64,000 nt of DNA, taken from Zootoca vivipara (lineage: Eukaryota). A model generated the notes under the pieces. That model saw only the letters and a list, made by a program, of their open reading frames with translations. It did not search any database and was not told where the DNA came from. The stretch covers positions 39,246,001 to 39,310,000 of the forward strand of contig NC_083285.1 in assembly GCF_963506605.1 (NCBI RefSeq), written 5' to 3'. A program made the position numbers and the translations under genes. Shown piece after piece: positions 1-13,026 of the stretch (its first letter is position 1; each line of letters begins with the position of its first letter).

Positions 1-134
1 GAGAGGAAGGTGACGATACTGAATGCTCTCTGCACTAGGCAAATCTTTCCGCAGGTGCTCATGGTACAGCATCAGAGAGTGGAAGAAATGCTCCCAGGAG
101 ACAGGACTGCCACCTGCTCCTTGGATGTTTTCAG
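1..134 (-). CDS. NUP205: NUP205 exon 12 (truncated by window edge)
   Basis: Encodes (A)ENIQGAGGSPVSWEHFFHSLMLYHEHLRKDLPSAESIQYRHLPL; AG acceptor at 136-135. Confidence 0.95.
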
Positions 135-500
135 CTAGAAGGGGGGGGGGAAATATCTGCATGAGTACAGATTATGTTAATTAAGCACACATGTAAAAAA
201 TAAGACCTGCCCTTAATTTAAGATTAAACATTTTTATTGTCTATCATCTGAAAAAACATGAGCAATCCTATATTCTAATATTAAAAAACAAAACAAAAAT
301 CTTCAGTGGAAAAACCTACAAAGGGAAACCAAAAACAACTGAGTATACTTAGTGGGCAGGGAAAGCAAACTGATAGTTTTTGGGGGTGGGGGGTAGAGGA
401 GGATGGAATGCAGTACCCTGGAAAGGGCATAGCTTCCTAGAATCCTTAACAGGAGCACTCCACTCTGCAACATTTGGTTGCGGGTCCCATTTGTTTATAC

Positions 501-986
501 CATGGGTCGGCAAACTAACGGCTGGGGGCTGGATCCAACCCAATTGCCTTCTGGATCCGGCTGCAGGTGGTCCAGGAATTGCCGCGTGGATCGGCGTGGG
601 GATTCTGATCGTTCAGGCTGCACCATTCACCCACACACATACACACACTGCGGCGGCACCTCCTCCCTCCCTCCCTCCTCCTGGCTTCTCCTCGTCCTGC
701 CTAGAGGAGGAAGGGGGTGGGCTTTGTTGAGCTGCGGTTGGCTGAGCGCCATTTTAAGCAGCCCCTCTCCAGAGCCAGCCCTTTTTGTGCCACTCATTGT
801 CCCTCTGCCGCAGTCAGCCCCTGCCACTCACAAGGCACAGGTAAGCAGCCACCGGGGCTCGTCCGGTGCTGTGGAGAAGGGAGAGGAGAGTCGGGGATTT
901 ATTCCCCCCCGCAATATAGTCCGGCCCCCCACAAGGTCTGAGGGACAGTGGACCGGCCCCCTGCAGAAAAAGTTTGCTGACCCCTG
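501..986. mobile_element. Non-autonomous hAT element; shorter relatives at 28467-28693 and 50958-51182
   Basis: Termini CATGGGTCGGCAAACT...AGTTTGCTGACCCCTG; the 50958 copy has perfect TSD GCCTAGCA. Confidence 0.75.
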
Positions 987-1430
987 GGTTATTCCATGAT
1001 ACTCTGTCCCTCAAACACAAAGAAAGCTGCCCAATACTGAATCAGACCACTGGTTCATCTAACTCAGTATTGTCCACACACGAACTGGCAGTGGCTCTCA
1101 AGGGTCTGAGGCAAAAGTCTTTTCCAGCCCAACCTGGAGATGGCGGGTATTGAACTTGGAACCTTTTACATGTGCTCTATTACTTTTGTTCTTTTCCTAA
1201 AAGGCAGCCACAAAGTTTACACTTAGAAACAAGTTATAGTGAACACAGATAAACATCAACTAGAAATATGCTTAAGAACATAGCATAATGAAATATGAAA
1301 AGCTTAAGACTAAAGCATTCACTTCCTTGTCTACTTCAGGATAGGCTGCCTTGCAAATAATGCATTAGTACTGCAACAGATTCAAGTGAATGGGAAAGTA
1401 TGTTGGCCTATTTGAGGCCTTATTTCTTAC

Positions 1431-1581
1431 CATGGCTGCTGCCGTTGCCCTTCAGCAAAGTAAAGCAGTAATGTGCGCATTGGGGCCCATTGGCTAATCC
1501 CCGGAGCATTTTCAGGTAAGGAATGTAAATTGTTGAGGGAAGGAGGTCTCCCATTTGTCTAACAAATTTAGACAAAACAAC
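1431..1581 (-). CDS. NUP205: NUP205 exon 11
   Basis: VVLSKFVRQMGDLLPSTIYIPYLKMLRGLANGPQCAHYCFTLLKGNGSSH; 151 nt, AG/GT boundaries. Confidence 0.95.
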
Positions 1582-1680
1582 CTACAAAAAAAAGTATAGA
1601 AACATTTGCCTAGGAAGAAATATATGCCAAAAAGCCAAAGGCCCCCAAAGTTAAAGTTTTAAAATAACTTGTAATGTACA

Positions 1681-1833
1681 GGTAGGTAGCCGTGTTGGTC
1701 TGGCGTAGTCGAAACAAAATTAAAAAATTCCTTCCAGTAGCACCTTAGAGCACCTTTTGCATGCACACAAAAGCTCAAACCAATGACAAACTTAGTTGGT
1801 CTCTAAGGTGCTACTGGAAGGAATTTTTTTATT
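1681..1833. mobile_element. Penelope-like fragment (inverted, degenerate hammerhead)
   Basis: Same terminus as 44397; flanking direct repeat TTGTAATGTACA at 1669-1680 and 1834-1845. Confidence 0.7.
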
Positions 1834-2622
1834 TTGTAATGTACACAATCTGTTCAGACGCTAACAACTAAAATCAAATCCCTTTTCTAGCCTTGATTTT
1901 CTGAAAACTGGGATTGGTAGGACAAGAATTCCCCACCCCTTCTAAGGCACTAGGGCAGGCTTAGAGAACTTTTGGTCCTCCAGACATGGCTGAACTACAA
2001 CTCCCATCATCCCTGGCCATTGCCTATGCTAGCTGGGACAGATAGGAGCTGTAGTTCAGCAATGTCTTAAGGGCCAAAAGTGTCCCATACTTGCACTAGG
2101 TGAATGATCCAGTTAAAATGTTAAGTACATTTAAATCCCATCAATTGCAGTGGGGAAGATTTAAGAATATTTTTATCTCTTGCACTGAATCCAATGGGAC
2201 TTGAAAATGGATTTTTGCTGGATTATGCCCCATGGCATACAGTAACTTTAAAAAACTTGAAGGAAACATGGAAAACTTGCTTAGCATTTAGAATGCTCAA
2301 TATAATCATTTCAAATGCCCAATACAGCAAGTCAGTATTGTTATGCACAAATGCAGAGGGGAGCAGGGGGTGGGGTGGGGTTGAAAATCAACTAAATCTC
2401 CTTTATCCACTTTTGCTGTCACTATCATTTTAAGCAGTTGTGCTGTTTCAGACAACACGTTTGGTGCCGCAGAAGGACAGCTGGGTGTGCCCCAGCTTGT
2501 CGCCTCTTCCTATGAAATGCAAGCATCCATAGCCTTTGGGGAAATACGATGTGCTACTAATAAAATGGCTTTCAAGAAAACCCAAGACGAAACAACAGAG
2601 GAGGGAACTGGCATTTTCTCAC

Positions 2623-2760
2623 CTGACGCTGAGGTGGTCTTTGATGGGCTATCCCAATATATGATCCTATGATGGTGGAACTCTGCAGGGGCTCCGAAGG
2701 ACACCAGTACTCAAGAGCAAGCTCCAAATTAAATGGATCCTTCTTGTACAACTCGGCAAT
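2623..2760 (-). CDS. NUP205: NUP205 exon 10
   Basis: IAELYKKDPFNLELALEYWCPSEPLQ...RPPQRQ; 138 nt, AG/GT. Confidence 0.95.
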
Positions 2761-3295
2761 CTGTAGAACAGAAATAACGTGAGTCCTATATACCTATAAA
2801 TATATATATACTATAGCCTATCATGATCTTTAGGAACATTGCCTTTCACCTGATTATCATCCGTGCACCAAATTCAAATACCAAACAGATTCCATTAGCA
2901 GCAGCCCCAGCTATGTTAACACCATTCCCTTCCACCGCCACAAAACTCCCTGGGGCAGCTTTCAAAACTTTGGCAACTTTTTCCGACTAAAGACTAATTT
3001 GCCAGCATTAAGAAGAAATATAGTTACTTTAGCATAGCTTACATCACGTCTGGTATTTTTTAAGTGGGATACAAAAGTGCTATTTTTCTAGAAAAAAAGT
3101 TGCCAGAACTCGCCATGAATGCTTCTCTTATAATTGCAATGGAGCCCACCAGAGAGGTGCCAGAAGTGTATTGAATATACTATTTGGCATTCATGTTCTT
3201 GGCATTCCAGCTGTATTATTTTTAACCAATGTACCAATGTTTTCTAAAAAATGAAACTATGAGTTCTCAATATTTTATTTTTAAAAAGTACTTAC

Positions 3296-3412
3296 TAAAA
3301 ACATCAGATGCTCCAGATCCCGTCTAAGAGAAAGAGGTGGCTCATTACCCAATTGTATACTCATGTGTATCATGCGAGCATCTTCATCAGCACGGCTTCT
3401 GAGCTGTTTCAC
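3296..3412 (-). CDS. NUP205: NUP205 exon 9
   Basis: VKQLRSRADEDARMIHMSIQLGNEPPLSLRRDLEHLMFL; 117 nt, AG/GT. Confidence 0.95.
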
Positions 3413-4207
3413 CTACACAATTTGCAAAGGAAATACATTTATTGATAATTAACTATGAAGTGAACAAGAGCAGACAGCTTTTACAGGCATTAGCATGTAC
3501 TGTATTTATGAAAGGGCCATTAGAATCTTTTTTTTAAACGTTTCCTTAAAGCAGGTATGTCCAAAGTCCGTTTCGGGGGCTTAATCAGGCCCTTTGGTCG
3601 GCCCTCAAGGCCCTTCACTTCATCAAATCTAGCCCTCTTTGAAAACAGTTTGGACACCACAACATTTACCACACTGTAAGATTACATGAGGAACTGGTTC
3701 TTTACACCAGTACCAAAGATGCATATGAGATAAGAGAAAACTGTTGACATTACTACTTACATATATTTAAGACCCACTGATTTCAAAGGTACAAAATTGA
3801 TCACGTGCTTGTCTCTCTCACTGAAATCTATGGGACTGAAACATTTCTCATTCTAGCTGAATTGTGCCCTCTATTCCCCAAGTTAGTCACCATGTAGAAA
3901 AAGTGCAATTTTAATTGTATCTGTTTCATATAACAATAGCAGGCAACTGAACAGAATAAAAAAAAGCATGACTCATTCAAATGAAGCTCAGACCTATTAC
4001 TAGAATTCTCCAGATTGGAAAATTATATTATATACCGTATAATATAAAGCTAGTCAGCAAACATTGAAGGATGCCTGTGCAAGTACTTTGGTTTAATTCA
4101 AATTCACAGCTGAACAGCACAATCCTATGCATAAACCCACTGAATTCTATGAAGCTTCCTCCAAAAGTATAACGGCAGCTTATGTATATTTAATATTGGA
4201 GTAAGTA

Positions 4208-4277
4208 AAGCGAGATGAGCGCCACAACCCCAGAACCGTCCGTGACTGGACCTAACGGTCAGGGGTCCCTTTACCTT
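4208..4277 (+). mobile_element. Sauria SINE 3' fragment
   Basis: GCGAGATGAGCGCC...GGTCAGGGGTCCCTTTACCTTT. Confidence 0.8.
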
Positions 4278-4486
4278 TTTAAGTCCCATTAAACAGAATG
4301 TGAGAATGACTTTCAAGGAGATCTATGTAAGATTAACATGACCAAGTTGAGAGATTGTGACTAGAAAAGAGAAGTACCCCAGCAAATAGTAAAGATGATG
4401 AGCGAACCAGACAAAATAGCATTACTAACATAAAATAATTTGTATGTGCACAATCTGGAAGAGGGCAAGGACCACAACAGCAAGTA

Positions 4487-4727
4487 CAGTGGTACCTCTG
4501 ATTATGAACTTAATTCGTCATGGAGGTCTATTCTTAACCTGAAACCGTTCTTAACCTGAGGTACCGCTTTAGCTAATGGGACCTCCTGCTGCCACCATGC
4601 TGCCGCCGCACGATTTCTGTTCTCATCCTGAGGTAAAGTTCTTAACCCAGGTACTACTTCCGGGTTAGCAGAGTCTGTAACCCAAAGTGTTTGTAACCCA
4701 GGGTGTTTATAACTCGAGGTACCACTG
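4487..4727. mobile_element. Tc1/mariner (Tigger-like) MITE; relatives at 6909-7096 and 53270-53441
   Basis: TA|CAGTGGTACCTC...GAGGTACCACTG|TA. Confidence 0.85.
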
Positions 4728-4800
4728 TAGTTGCTTTTTCTAAGAAAAAAACTATTAAATTACTTTAACTGGTCATTGGGGCTTAAGACAGGATTTAGAC

Positions 4801-5088
4801 CAGGCTTCCTCAAACTCGGCCCTCCAGATGTTTTGATACTACAATTCCTATCATCCCTGACCTGCTAGCTCAGGCATCCCCAGACTTCGGCCCTCCAGAT
4901 GTTTTGGACTACAATTCCCATCTTCCCCAACGACTGGTCCTGTTAGCTAGGGATCATGGGAGTTGTAGGCCAAAACATCTGGAGGGCCGCAGTTTGGGGA
5001 TGCCTGTGCTAGCTGCTAGTCCTGCTAGCTAGGGATCATGGGAGTTGTAGGCCAAAAACATCTGGAGGGCAGAGTTTGAGGAAGCCTG
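4801..5088. mobile_element. Nested pair of ~135-bp palindromic hAT MITEs (inner copy 4871-5006)
   Basis: Inner TSD TGCTAGCT (4863-4870 / 5007-5014); outer termini CAGGCTTCCTCAAACT...AGTTTGAGGAAGCCTG. Confidence 0.88.
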
Positions 5089-5257
5089 ATGTAGCCAAAC
5101 AATGTGCAGTATGCATGCAACTTACGTGCATTTAACATGTGCAATTTCATCTTTAGGTGGTTGAAGGCTGGCTAGCTGAAATCTCCAAGAACAGAAAATT
5201 TTTAAGCACTCTGCCTTTTGGCACAATAGTTCCAGAAGATAAGATTGCTTGTGCAGG

Positions 5258-5387
5258 CAGGGCCGTCTCAAGCATGTCGGGCGCCCTGGTGCGGATATCG
5301 CTCCGGCGCCCCTGCCCCGCCCCGCTTCTTGCCGGGCCAGTGCCCTGGCACCCCGCGCCACCCAGCCTACCCCTAGAGCCGGCCCTG
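5258..5387. mobile_element. GC-rich hAT MITE
   Basis: Termini CAGGGCCG...CGGCCCTG; perfect TSD TGTGCAGG. Confidence 0.8.
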
Positions 5388-5626
5388 TGTGCAGGGGTGG
5401 TTCAAGTATATGTGCCATCCTTGGAACATAACCCCCATGCAAGGACCCGTGTGTCAATTGGACAAGCACAAAATGGTCGCCACGTATATTTTAAAATTTC
5501 ACACATATACGAACACAAAATGCAAGACATAATTCCCACACTGAAATGCTTATATTAGTCTGCATAAATAGATTGCAATGAAATATTTGTCCTACTTATA
5601 TCCAGTCCAGAAAAAATACAACTTAC

Positions 5627-5802
5627 CTTCATTGGCATGAGAGCAAGAAAGTCGGTGGTAAGGTTGTGGATTCTACGTATGTAAAATTCCTCTTGGTAGA
5701 AGGTTTCAGCTCTCACCACAGATTCAGTAAGGAACAAGAAAACGTTGTCTGCAATTGCTAACTCTGCCATTGCTTCATCTGCCTCAGCAAATTCTGAAAG
5801 TG
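5627..5802 (-). CDS. NUP205: NUP205 exon 8
   Basis: (A)LSEFAEADEAMAELAIADNVFLFLTESVV...LALMPMK; overlaps ORF 5555..5770; 176 nt. Confidence 0.95.
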
Positions 5803-5987
5803 CTGAAGAGAATGAAGAAGAATGAATTCAAGAGACAGTCTAATAAAGCTACTAACTGTGCATATATTTCATAAGCAGCATGCTTAAGGGTTAGCAGCTT
5901 AAACAAAGGAATATGCACGATGGATAGGCTTCCTCCACTAAGCAAAGGAAAAGGTGGGGTTGAGTTTCTTGTCTATGAATCAATTAC

Positions 5988-6152
5988 CTGTCACATCAGT
6001 GAACTGTGAAATTCCACGCAAGGCTAGAGCCCAGGCTAACCTAACAGTTCCTTGAAGTCCTGGCAGTTTCCAAGGCCGAGCATCCTGAAGGCGTGTATGG
6101 ATTGCAGCTATATATTGTCTCTCTGTTAACAGTGGCAGCTGGTGCATTAGTT
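5988..6152 (-). CDS. NUP205: NUP205 exon 7
   Basis: (E)LMHQLPLLTERQYIAAIHTRLQD...RGISQFTDVT; ORF 5980..6183; 165 nt. Confidence 0.95.
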
Positions 6153-6427
6153 CTACATTTTTTTTAAAAAAAAGCAAATACAAAATAGAAGTTTAATATG
6201 GAAAGAAATGTGGTGAAAATAAAATGGGTGGCTCAGCAAATACAATAACCTCTTTCACCTCTTTTATTTTGTAATTCAGAGCTAAATAGTTCCTATCAAA
6301 CTTTGTGCACTATTCAGTTAAGTACTGTGAAGAAGCAATGAGGAAGTCTGAGAAATGACAGAAATTTAACACGTCTTAATCTATGTGAATGACATATCTT
6401 TTGGCATAGCCAGAAAACCACTTTTAC

Positions 6428-6656
6428 CTTCTCGATCTTCAGTGGCCTGTTCTAGAAAGCTGACATCAAAGCAATAGAGGAGTGCCATAAGAAGTGCCAA
6501 GTTTACTCTGTCCAATGAACCGTCAGCTTCCACAGTCACTTTCTCTAAGTAAGTAATCAGGATTAAAGTATCATCCCGGCTCAGCGGTGACTGGCAAGCC
6601 CAAACAAATAAGCTCTCTGCCAGTGCCTGCCTACACTCCTTGATGAGATCAGAAAC
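6428..6656 (-). CDS. NUP205: NUP205 exon 6
   Basis: VSDLIKECRQALAESLFVWACQSPL...LLYCFDVSFLEQATEDRE; 229 nt, AG/GT. Confidence 0.95.
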
Positions 6657-7776
6657 CTAAAAAAATAATCAAAACCAAGTTACTACATATGTAGCTTCAA
6701 AATATGCTATTTATCATATACAAAACAATACTATCCATGTTTGTCCAAAGGTCAGCCCCACTGATTTCAAAAGGACTTGCTCTTTATGAAAATGCATAGA
6801 ATTAGTCAATCCCAAACAAGTTTAAACAGAAGGAAGCCTTTTGTGTTCAAAGAGGCTTACGCCCTAGTAAGTACATCTAGGATCACAGCCTTAATCAATA
6901 ACATTATACAGTGGTACCTCGGTTTATGAACACAATTGGTTCCGGAAGTCTGTTCATAAACTGAAGCGTTCATAAACTGAAGCGAACCTTCCCATTGAAA
7001 GTAATGGAAAGTGAATTAATCTGTTCCAGATGAGTCCGCGGCGTTCGTAAACCGAAAATTCGTAAACCGAGGTGTTCATAAAACGAGGTTCTACTGTATA
7101 TCAAACTCATTGCATACAATGAAGTTTGTTCTAAAAAGTTATTTACAAAAACTACTGTAATTTTTTGTAACCAAAAGCAGGATTTTAATGTGTTTCTTAG
7201 CATGACTAATATTTGCAAATACACCATGAAATGAACAAAAGACTGGACACTGATCAAGTTCACATGTAATGTCAAACCATGGTTTCACATTATACGAATG
7301 AGCCTTACGTTTCTGCACAGCCTGCTTCCCTCGCTTGCTCCAGTCCCCACCATGACTTCCTTGTTTGCAGCAATGCATACTTTGATGTTAACATCTGAAC
7401 TGCCAGACAATGAAGTAAGTGTACGTGAGCTCAAGACTCACTGTGCAATGACAAACCACAGCCTCATGCTACATGCGAACTTTGTCAGTGTCTTCACACT
7501 TGGAAGAACTTAAACAAATTTTACTGCTCTTACTTCTTATATGGCAATACCACTTGCCTGTTGGAAAATCACATATACATCATCACACATGTTAAGACTG
7601 CATGCATTTCTGCACTCATATACACATGATGAAAAATGCATATGTGCTCATCAGTTTCTTTCACAGAAATTATATCCCATGCCACATGTGAAGCAGTCAC
7701 CACCATTAACATTTTAGGAAGCAAAGGGGAGTAGAACATCAAGTACTTACTGTCTCTGAACATCTTAAGCATTTAC

Positions 7777-7936
7777 CTCTTTGCGATGTTTCTCACTGCC
7801 CAATCCTCGGTCTCTCTGCAGTTTCTCAAATTCAGTGTTTACATCAATTTGAGACACCAAAGTCAGAATTTTATGTGTGAGACCCTGCTCCATCAGTTCA
7901 TCTGTAAAGCGTGTTGTTATGGATACCAATTCAGGA
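7777..7936 (-). CDS. NUP205: NUP205 exon 5
   Basis: (S)PELVSITTRFTDELMEQGLTHK...GSEKHRKE; ORF 7765..8013; 160 nt. Confidence 0.95.
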
Positions 7937-8171
7937 CTGAAATCAAAAGGAACAAATTCCAGAAACACCATTAAAACAAATGTGAAAAACAGAAGCTTCT
8001 GTGATGGAGACAAAGCAAAATGCCAAAAGCAGAATCATAATTTATAGGGGGAAACAGGCAAATCTCTCCCTTCTGCAGTACTTCAAAAAAAAAAAATCTA
8101 GGTTCAACATAGAAATATTTTTACTGTTTTAGTTTAGGTATTTTTAGAAGCTGTTGCTTAAGAAGACAGAC

Positions 8172-8316
8172 CTGAGTTCCAGCGTCCAAGTCTTGCCTCG
8201 CCGAGACTGGATGAGTGTCCGCAAGGAATTTGCAATGCATCGCTTTCCATCCCAGTATAAAAGAACAGCTACTAAACCCCTGGATAGCCCAGGAAAACGA
8301 GGCTGCTGATGCTCCC
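8172..8316 (-). CDS. NUP205: NUP205 exon 4
   Basis: (G)EHQQPRFPGLSRGLVAVLLYWDGKRCIANSL...WTLEL; ORF 8144..8413; 145 nt. Confidence 0.95.
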
Positions 8317-8987
8317 CTGGAAGAAAGTTACAGTCATAAGAGAAGTCCCCATTTATGCCACCTCTTGCTTTTCTATTATTATTCTCTCTCCCTCCCCTGC
8401 CACTGGTGCTCAAATCATGGGTAGAAAGGTAGATGGGCCCTTAATGAAATGCAGAAAGCAATCCCTTCTCTCTCTCTCCCACCATTTCAGCCAAACCATG
8501 CCCCACCTATTCTAAGAACAGTAGCTAAGGCAAATAGATTCCCTCTGACCTCCATATAAGTCTTGCACCACCTCACTTTGCATTGGAACATAAAGTCGAT
8601 AGCAAAAATATTCCATATTTTTTCTAGTAATCAGAGTGTCTTAGACTACATGTATTCCAAATTGCATCTTACTATTTTAATATTAATTTAATATTTTAAT
8701 ATGTGTGCAATTAGCCTGACAATTTTACAGCCTCATGAGCAGGTAAGGTGTGTATACGGTATATACAAACATTCATACAACATTCTGCAAGAAATTATTC
8801 CAGTTTTAGTAATTAGGAAAATCTGCTGCTTTTGCTTATTTTGAATCCTCTATTCTACTTCTGGTAATGGTGTAAAGGGACAAGAGCTATGGAGAGACAT
8901 AGACATACCCCCAAAACAGAGGTATGTCTCTTCAGAATAGAACAGAACAGAACAGGTAAGCTTGTTCCCATTCCAATATCACATTAC

Positions 8988-9159
8988 CTGCTAGAAGGAG
9001 TTCAACAGCTGCCAACTCCCCAATATCGAAAAGATCACTCAGAATAAAGGCCTCTCTGATTAGCTGCTCTGGTAAGAGTCTGGTTCCTTGTTGGCCCTGG
9101 ATAGCAACTCCTTCTGTACTTGCTTTCTGAACCTTTTCATGCTGTTGGGCATTCTTTGG
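8988..9159 (-). CDS. NUP205: NUP205 exon 3
   Basis: PKNAQQHEKVQKASTEGVAIQGQQGTRLLPEQLIREAFILSDLFDIGELAAVELLLA; 172 nt. Confidence 0.95.
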
Positions 9160-9411
9160 CTACAAAACAAACAAATTAGAATTGCCAACTCTGAACAAAA
9201 ATGCATAAGAAAAATGAAATGACATTTCATATGTACAGTATGTCGTCGTACTGTCAATTCTCCAAACCATGAGAATGAGCTCAACAGCATTTCCCCATTA
9301 GGTGCAGTCTTAATACAGTTACCATATGAAATATGATTTAAATAAACAAGTGCAATACCTAGTAAACTTTTTACCACCCATCTCCCAATAGAGCAAAGGT
9401 TTACTTTTTAC

Positions 9412-9554
9412 CGGATTTCTGAAGAGGGATATGAAGTCAGACTTGTATTTCTTTAAGATCTGGTCAAGAAGATGTGTTGCTTCAGGTTGCCTTTTCCAGA
9501 TAGCATTAACCACTGCCTGCCAAATGTCTTTGTAGGGCCCCCACAAACTGGCAG
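9412..9554 (-). CDS. NUP205: NUP205 exon 2
   Basis: (A)ASLWGPYKDIWQAVVNAIWKRQPEATHLLD...FISLFRNP; ORF 9319..9600; 143 nt. Confidence 0.95.
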
Positions 9555-11401
9555 CTAAAAATAATATAAACAATACTTTCACAACAGGAGATTGTGACAA
9601 AACATTACAAAAACATGATTAAATCAAATGAATTACCTAAAAGGTGCAGCAAAACCAGCAGTCCTGCTGCCATGCAGATAGTAATGCCACGTTTACTGTA
9701 TTATAAGCAGTAGTGGCTGCTGCAGTCTTGAAGAGGTACACACTAGATGGGGTTTCTTGCATTCACTTTATATAAAACAGAATAATTCAACCCCCAAGCC
9801 AGATATGCTGGAGCAATTGAGGTTCAGGATGGAGAATGTTCACATGCATGCACACACCCACACACACCCCAATATGATAATGGTACCCTTCATCCAATAT
9901 TCAGATGCATTTCTGCTGATTAGAGGAACAAAGGGTGATGAAGGGGAGTAAAAATGAGTCCTCATGCAAGAGCTGGCACAGACTTCGGGTTGCCTTTTAT
10001 AGTAAATATCCTAAACAGCTGTTTTGAACAGGACATAGCATAAAACCTCTATGCACACTCAAACGTGTGAAGATCCCAGACAGGAGCCACTGGGCACACA
10101 ATGCCTCAGTCTGCGTGAACTGCTAAGTTAAACTATGACTTAGCACAAATATGCAGCCTTCCAAAGGGGAGATTACAGCTGCTTTGCCCCTCCTCCTCTG
10201 GTCTTGCTGTGAGCTACCCCATGGTTTAGCTTAGCATGCCATTAGAACCCGTGCTCATGGCTTGTCTCCTCTAGGCAAACCACAAGCTGTAAACCAAGGC
10301 AAAACATTGGTTACAGCTTATGATTTGATTGGCTGAGACAAACCACAAGCCCAAGTTTGGACGTGCTATGCCAAACCATGCCTTGGCCCACAGCTGACAA
10401 GCAGCCATGATCTCCACTCTGGGAGCACTCACACTTGTGTATTTGCACTACTAAGCCATCACTGAGCTTAGTGTTTTTGTATGAACCAAGTTATTCTGAT
10501 GGACGTGGGAGTTTCTTCCACTTCCTAACCAAAAGTGTTTCCCATATAGAAAATCTGCAACAAATGAAGCATCTTGACAGTTACCGTAAATGCATTAGGA
10601 ACTTGGAAATGAAAAGTAGGCATACACAAGGAAAGCCACAGCTTCCCAGGCAATTATAGTTGCCATTCTAGCTGCATCAAAGTGTGCTTAACCAAGTGAG
10701 ATTAGTGTTCCAAGTATGATGAAAGTTATTCTGCCAGATATACTGAAGCCTCCAAAGCAGGCTTCAAAAAACCTTTTCGTTAAAAGTTCCATAACGTCAT
10801 TATTTTACTGAATGTTTTATCAGTGTAGCCAAATGGATGAGATCAGAGGCTACCAAGCAGAAAGCACAGACAATTCTGAATGAATCAGAAGCGGACCACA
10901 AGAGCTCTATGATAAGTTACATTGCCATAGCAGTGTTGGCGCGAGGGGAGGGAGGGGCAGCATCCCACTAATCTAAAAACCTCACAAACCGATTTATTGC
11001 CGGTTACATTTATGTACGGCACCGAGATGTAAAAATTGTATGGGCGAAGCCAATTGACAGGTGCTACAAACTGGAAGGACCGGCACGATGCAGCTGTGGG
11101 ATTCAAGCCTACATCCGTTTACCGGGTAGCAAATCCCATTGAACTCAACGGGACTTACTTCCGAGTAGCCACATGGAGGATTGCAAGGCAGGAACGCCGT
11201 CAGTAGTATGTTGCAGTGGAAGATAGGAGGAGGCGCCACGACGGGCCGCATGATGGTCCCTCCCGCCGTGAAGGGAGGGGCGCCGGCCAGGGCGCCAGGA
11301 GCCCCTCGCTCCCGAACTTGGGGGGGGAGGGAGCGGGGGTCACACTGCGGGACCGACACCTCCCTTCATTGCCTCCAGGCCACACACGGGCCTCCCCATA
11401 C

Positions 11402-11429
11402 CTGAAATTACCGCCAACGGCGCCGACAT
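11402..11429 (-). CDS. NUP205: NUP205 exon 1 coding part (start codon)
   Basis: ccaagATG TCG GCG CCG TTG GCG GTA ATT TCA G|gtatgg = MSAPLAVIS, in a CpG island; phase joins exon 2 correctly; resembles human MATPLAVNS. Confidence 0.9.
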
Positions 11430-12699
11430 CTTGGACGCTCACTGACTCGAGCCAAAGCGCCCTTGCAGCCGAGAAGACCCCAAAACAGAAAGAGGCGACT
11501 AAACCAATGCCTGATCAAGAAATAGCCCTCGGAGAGATGCACACATTTAGGCTGCTGAATAGCCGGACTCCTCTGTTAGCCAGCATTTACTACATCGAGC
11601 CCCACCCGGCTCTCAGTTCATTACAAAAACAAAACCGTTCAGCTTGAACATTTGGAGCACAGGCACAGTGTGGCCACTTAATCGGTAAAATCAGGACCCA
11701 GAAGCAAAGGATGCTGGGAATTCCGGCTCTTGCTCTCCTTCTGGTAGATAGGCGGGAAAGGGAAAAGCAGCCTTTAAGACTAAACGCTCCTCCTAGGGAA
11801 TAGTACGGCCTATTAAGCACAATGGAATTTACTTCTCAATAAGCTTGCATAGGATTGCACTGCAATGGGCTATTATCCACTGGTTTCAGGGTGATTGTTT
11901 CGTTCAACGTAGTTGGGGGGTAGGGAAGGACCAGCGAAGTTGCATACAAAAACAATGCTGCATCCTTTATCTTTCTTTAGGTGGGTATAGGTAATACCTA
12001 TACTCCCCCCCAACCTGAAAGTAGCAACAGAAGCCTCCATGGTAGATTTGCAGCTCTATCCAAGGCAAGGTCCCTGATCCCCATACAGTATTAGCTTGGG
12101 AAGAGTTTGGGAGGGGGGGGCGTATTGAAAAGCAGCCAACACATACCCAGAAGTGGGTGTTTTCGTACGAAGGATGACGGCTAAATCATCGGAAGCTTTT
12201 CTGATGAACAGTTGGGAAAGCAGCAAAACCAACCAAAAGTCTTGCTAGCACCCAAAACCTGACACCAGAGGGTAGAGACAAAGAGAGGCTGCATGTTGCA
12301 ATAGATAAAAGTACAACTAAAGAATAAGTATTTGTGTTTGTCTGTTATAAATATTTGTATATACACCGGCGCGCTTCGCGTTTAGTTAAATAGCAGTACT
12401 GTACAAAAAACAACAGCAGCAGCAAACGACAATATTCACAGCGGCCAAAATCTATAGGAGAAGTACAGCCAACAAAAATCCTAGCTACGGCGCTTCACAA
12501 GCGGGACTGCACCTGCTACAAAATATTCCCGCGTGGGAGTGGTACAGTGACAATAAAGTACTGTACAGTACAGTATTTCTAGTTCTATACAGTACAAGCC
12601 AGCAGCCGCCGCCACGCGCCTTCTAGCGGCTTCCTGTTTCCTCCCCGTCGCCCTATGTGCTCTTGCGCATGCGCGCTCGGAATAAAGTGCCGTCGGGCA

Positions 12700-12877
12700 A
12701 AAGCTGAACCGCATTTTCCTTTAGCAAAAGTCTGCGTCGCGTGGGCAGGTGACGGCGTCCCCGTCTTCCGTGTAAGGTCTCGGTTGCCAGTGACCTTCCG
12801 TCTTTTGGTAGAAGGAGCGCTGCCCTTGCCGCTGCCGTCGGGCACCTGGTCGCCGTGGAGCCGCGATAGCGAGGCGG
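12700..12877 (+). other. POLR3H: Probable non-coding first exon of POLR3H (start approximate), homologous to CNOT4 exon 1
   Basis: Strong donor CGG|GTGAGT at 12877/12878 in a CpG island; next acceptor ctttcag|G at 14617/14618, 23 nt before the POLR3H ATG. Confidence 0.7.
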
Positions 12878-12935
12878 GTGAGTGGAGCCACGAGGGCTGC
12901 TTGGCTGCTGCGAGAGAGCGGAGGCTTCCAGGGGA

Positions 12936-13026
12936 CATAGCTGCCAAGTTTTCCCTTTTCTCGCGAGGAAGCCTATTCAGCATAAGGGAATTTCCCTTAA
13001 AAAAAAGGGAGAACTTGGCAGCTATG
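12936..13026. mobile_element. 91-bp hAT MITE in POLR3H intron 1
   Basis: TIR CATAGCTGCCAAGTT...AACTTGGCAGCTATG; perfect 8-bp TSD CCAGGGGA at 12928-12935 and 13027-13034. Confidence 0.9.

Noticed and set aside
11762-12616. Scattered short matches between the copy-A spacer and 25.8-30.4 kb (e.g. CAGTACTGTA, GCATCCTTT, ATCGGAA words)
   Set aside because: Too short and not clearly collinear by eye; not used as evidence for the duplication.
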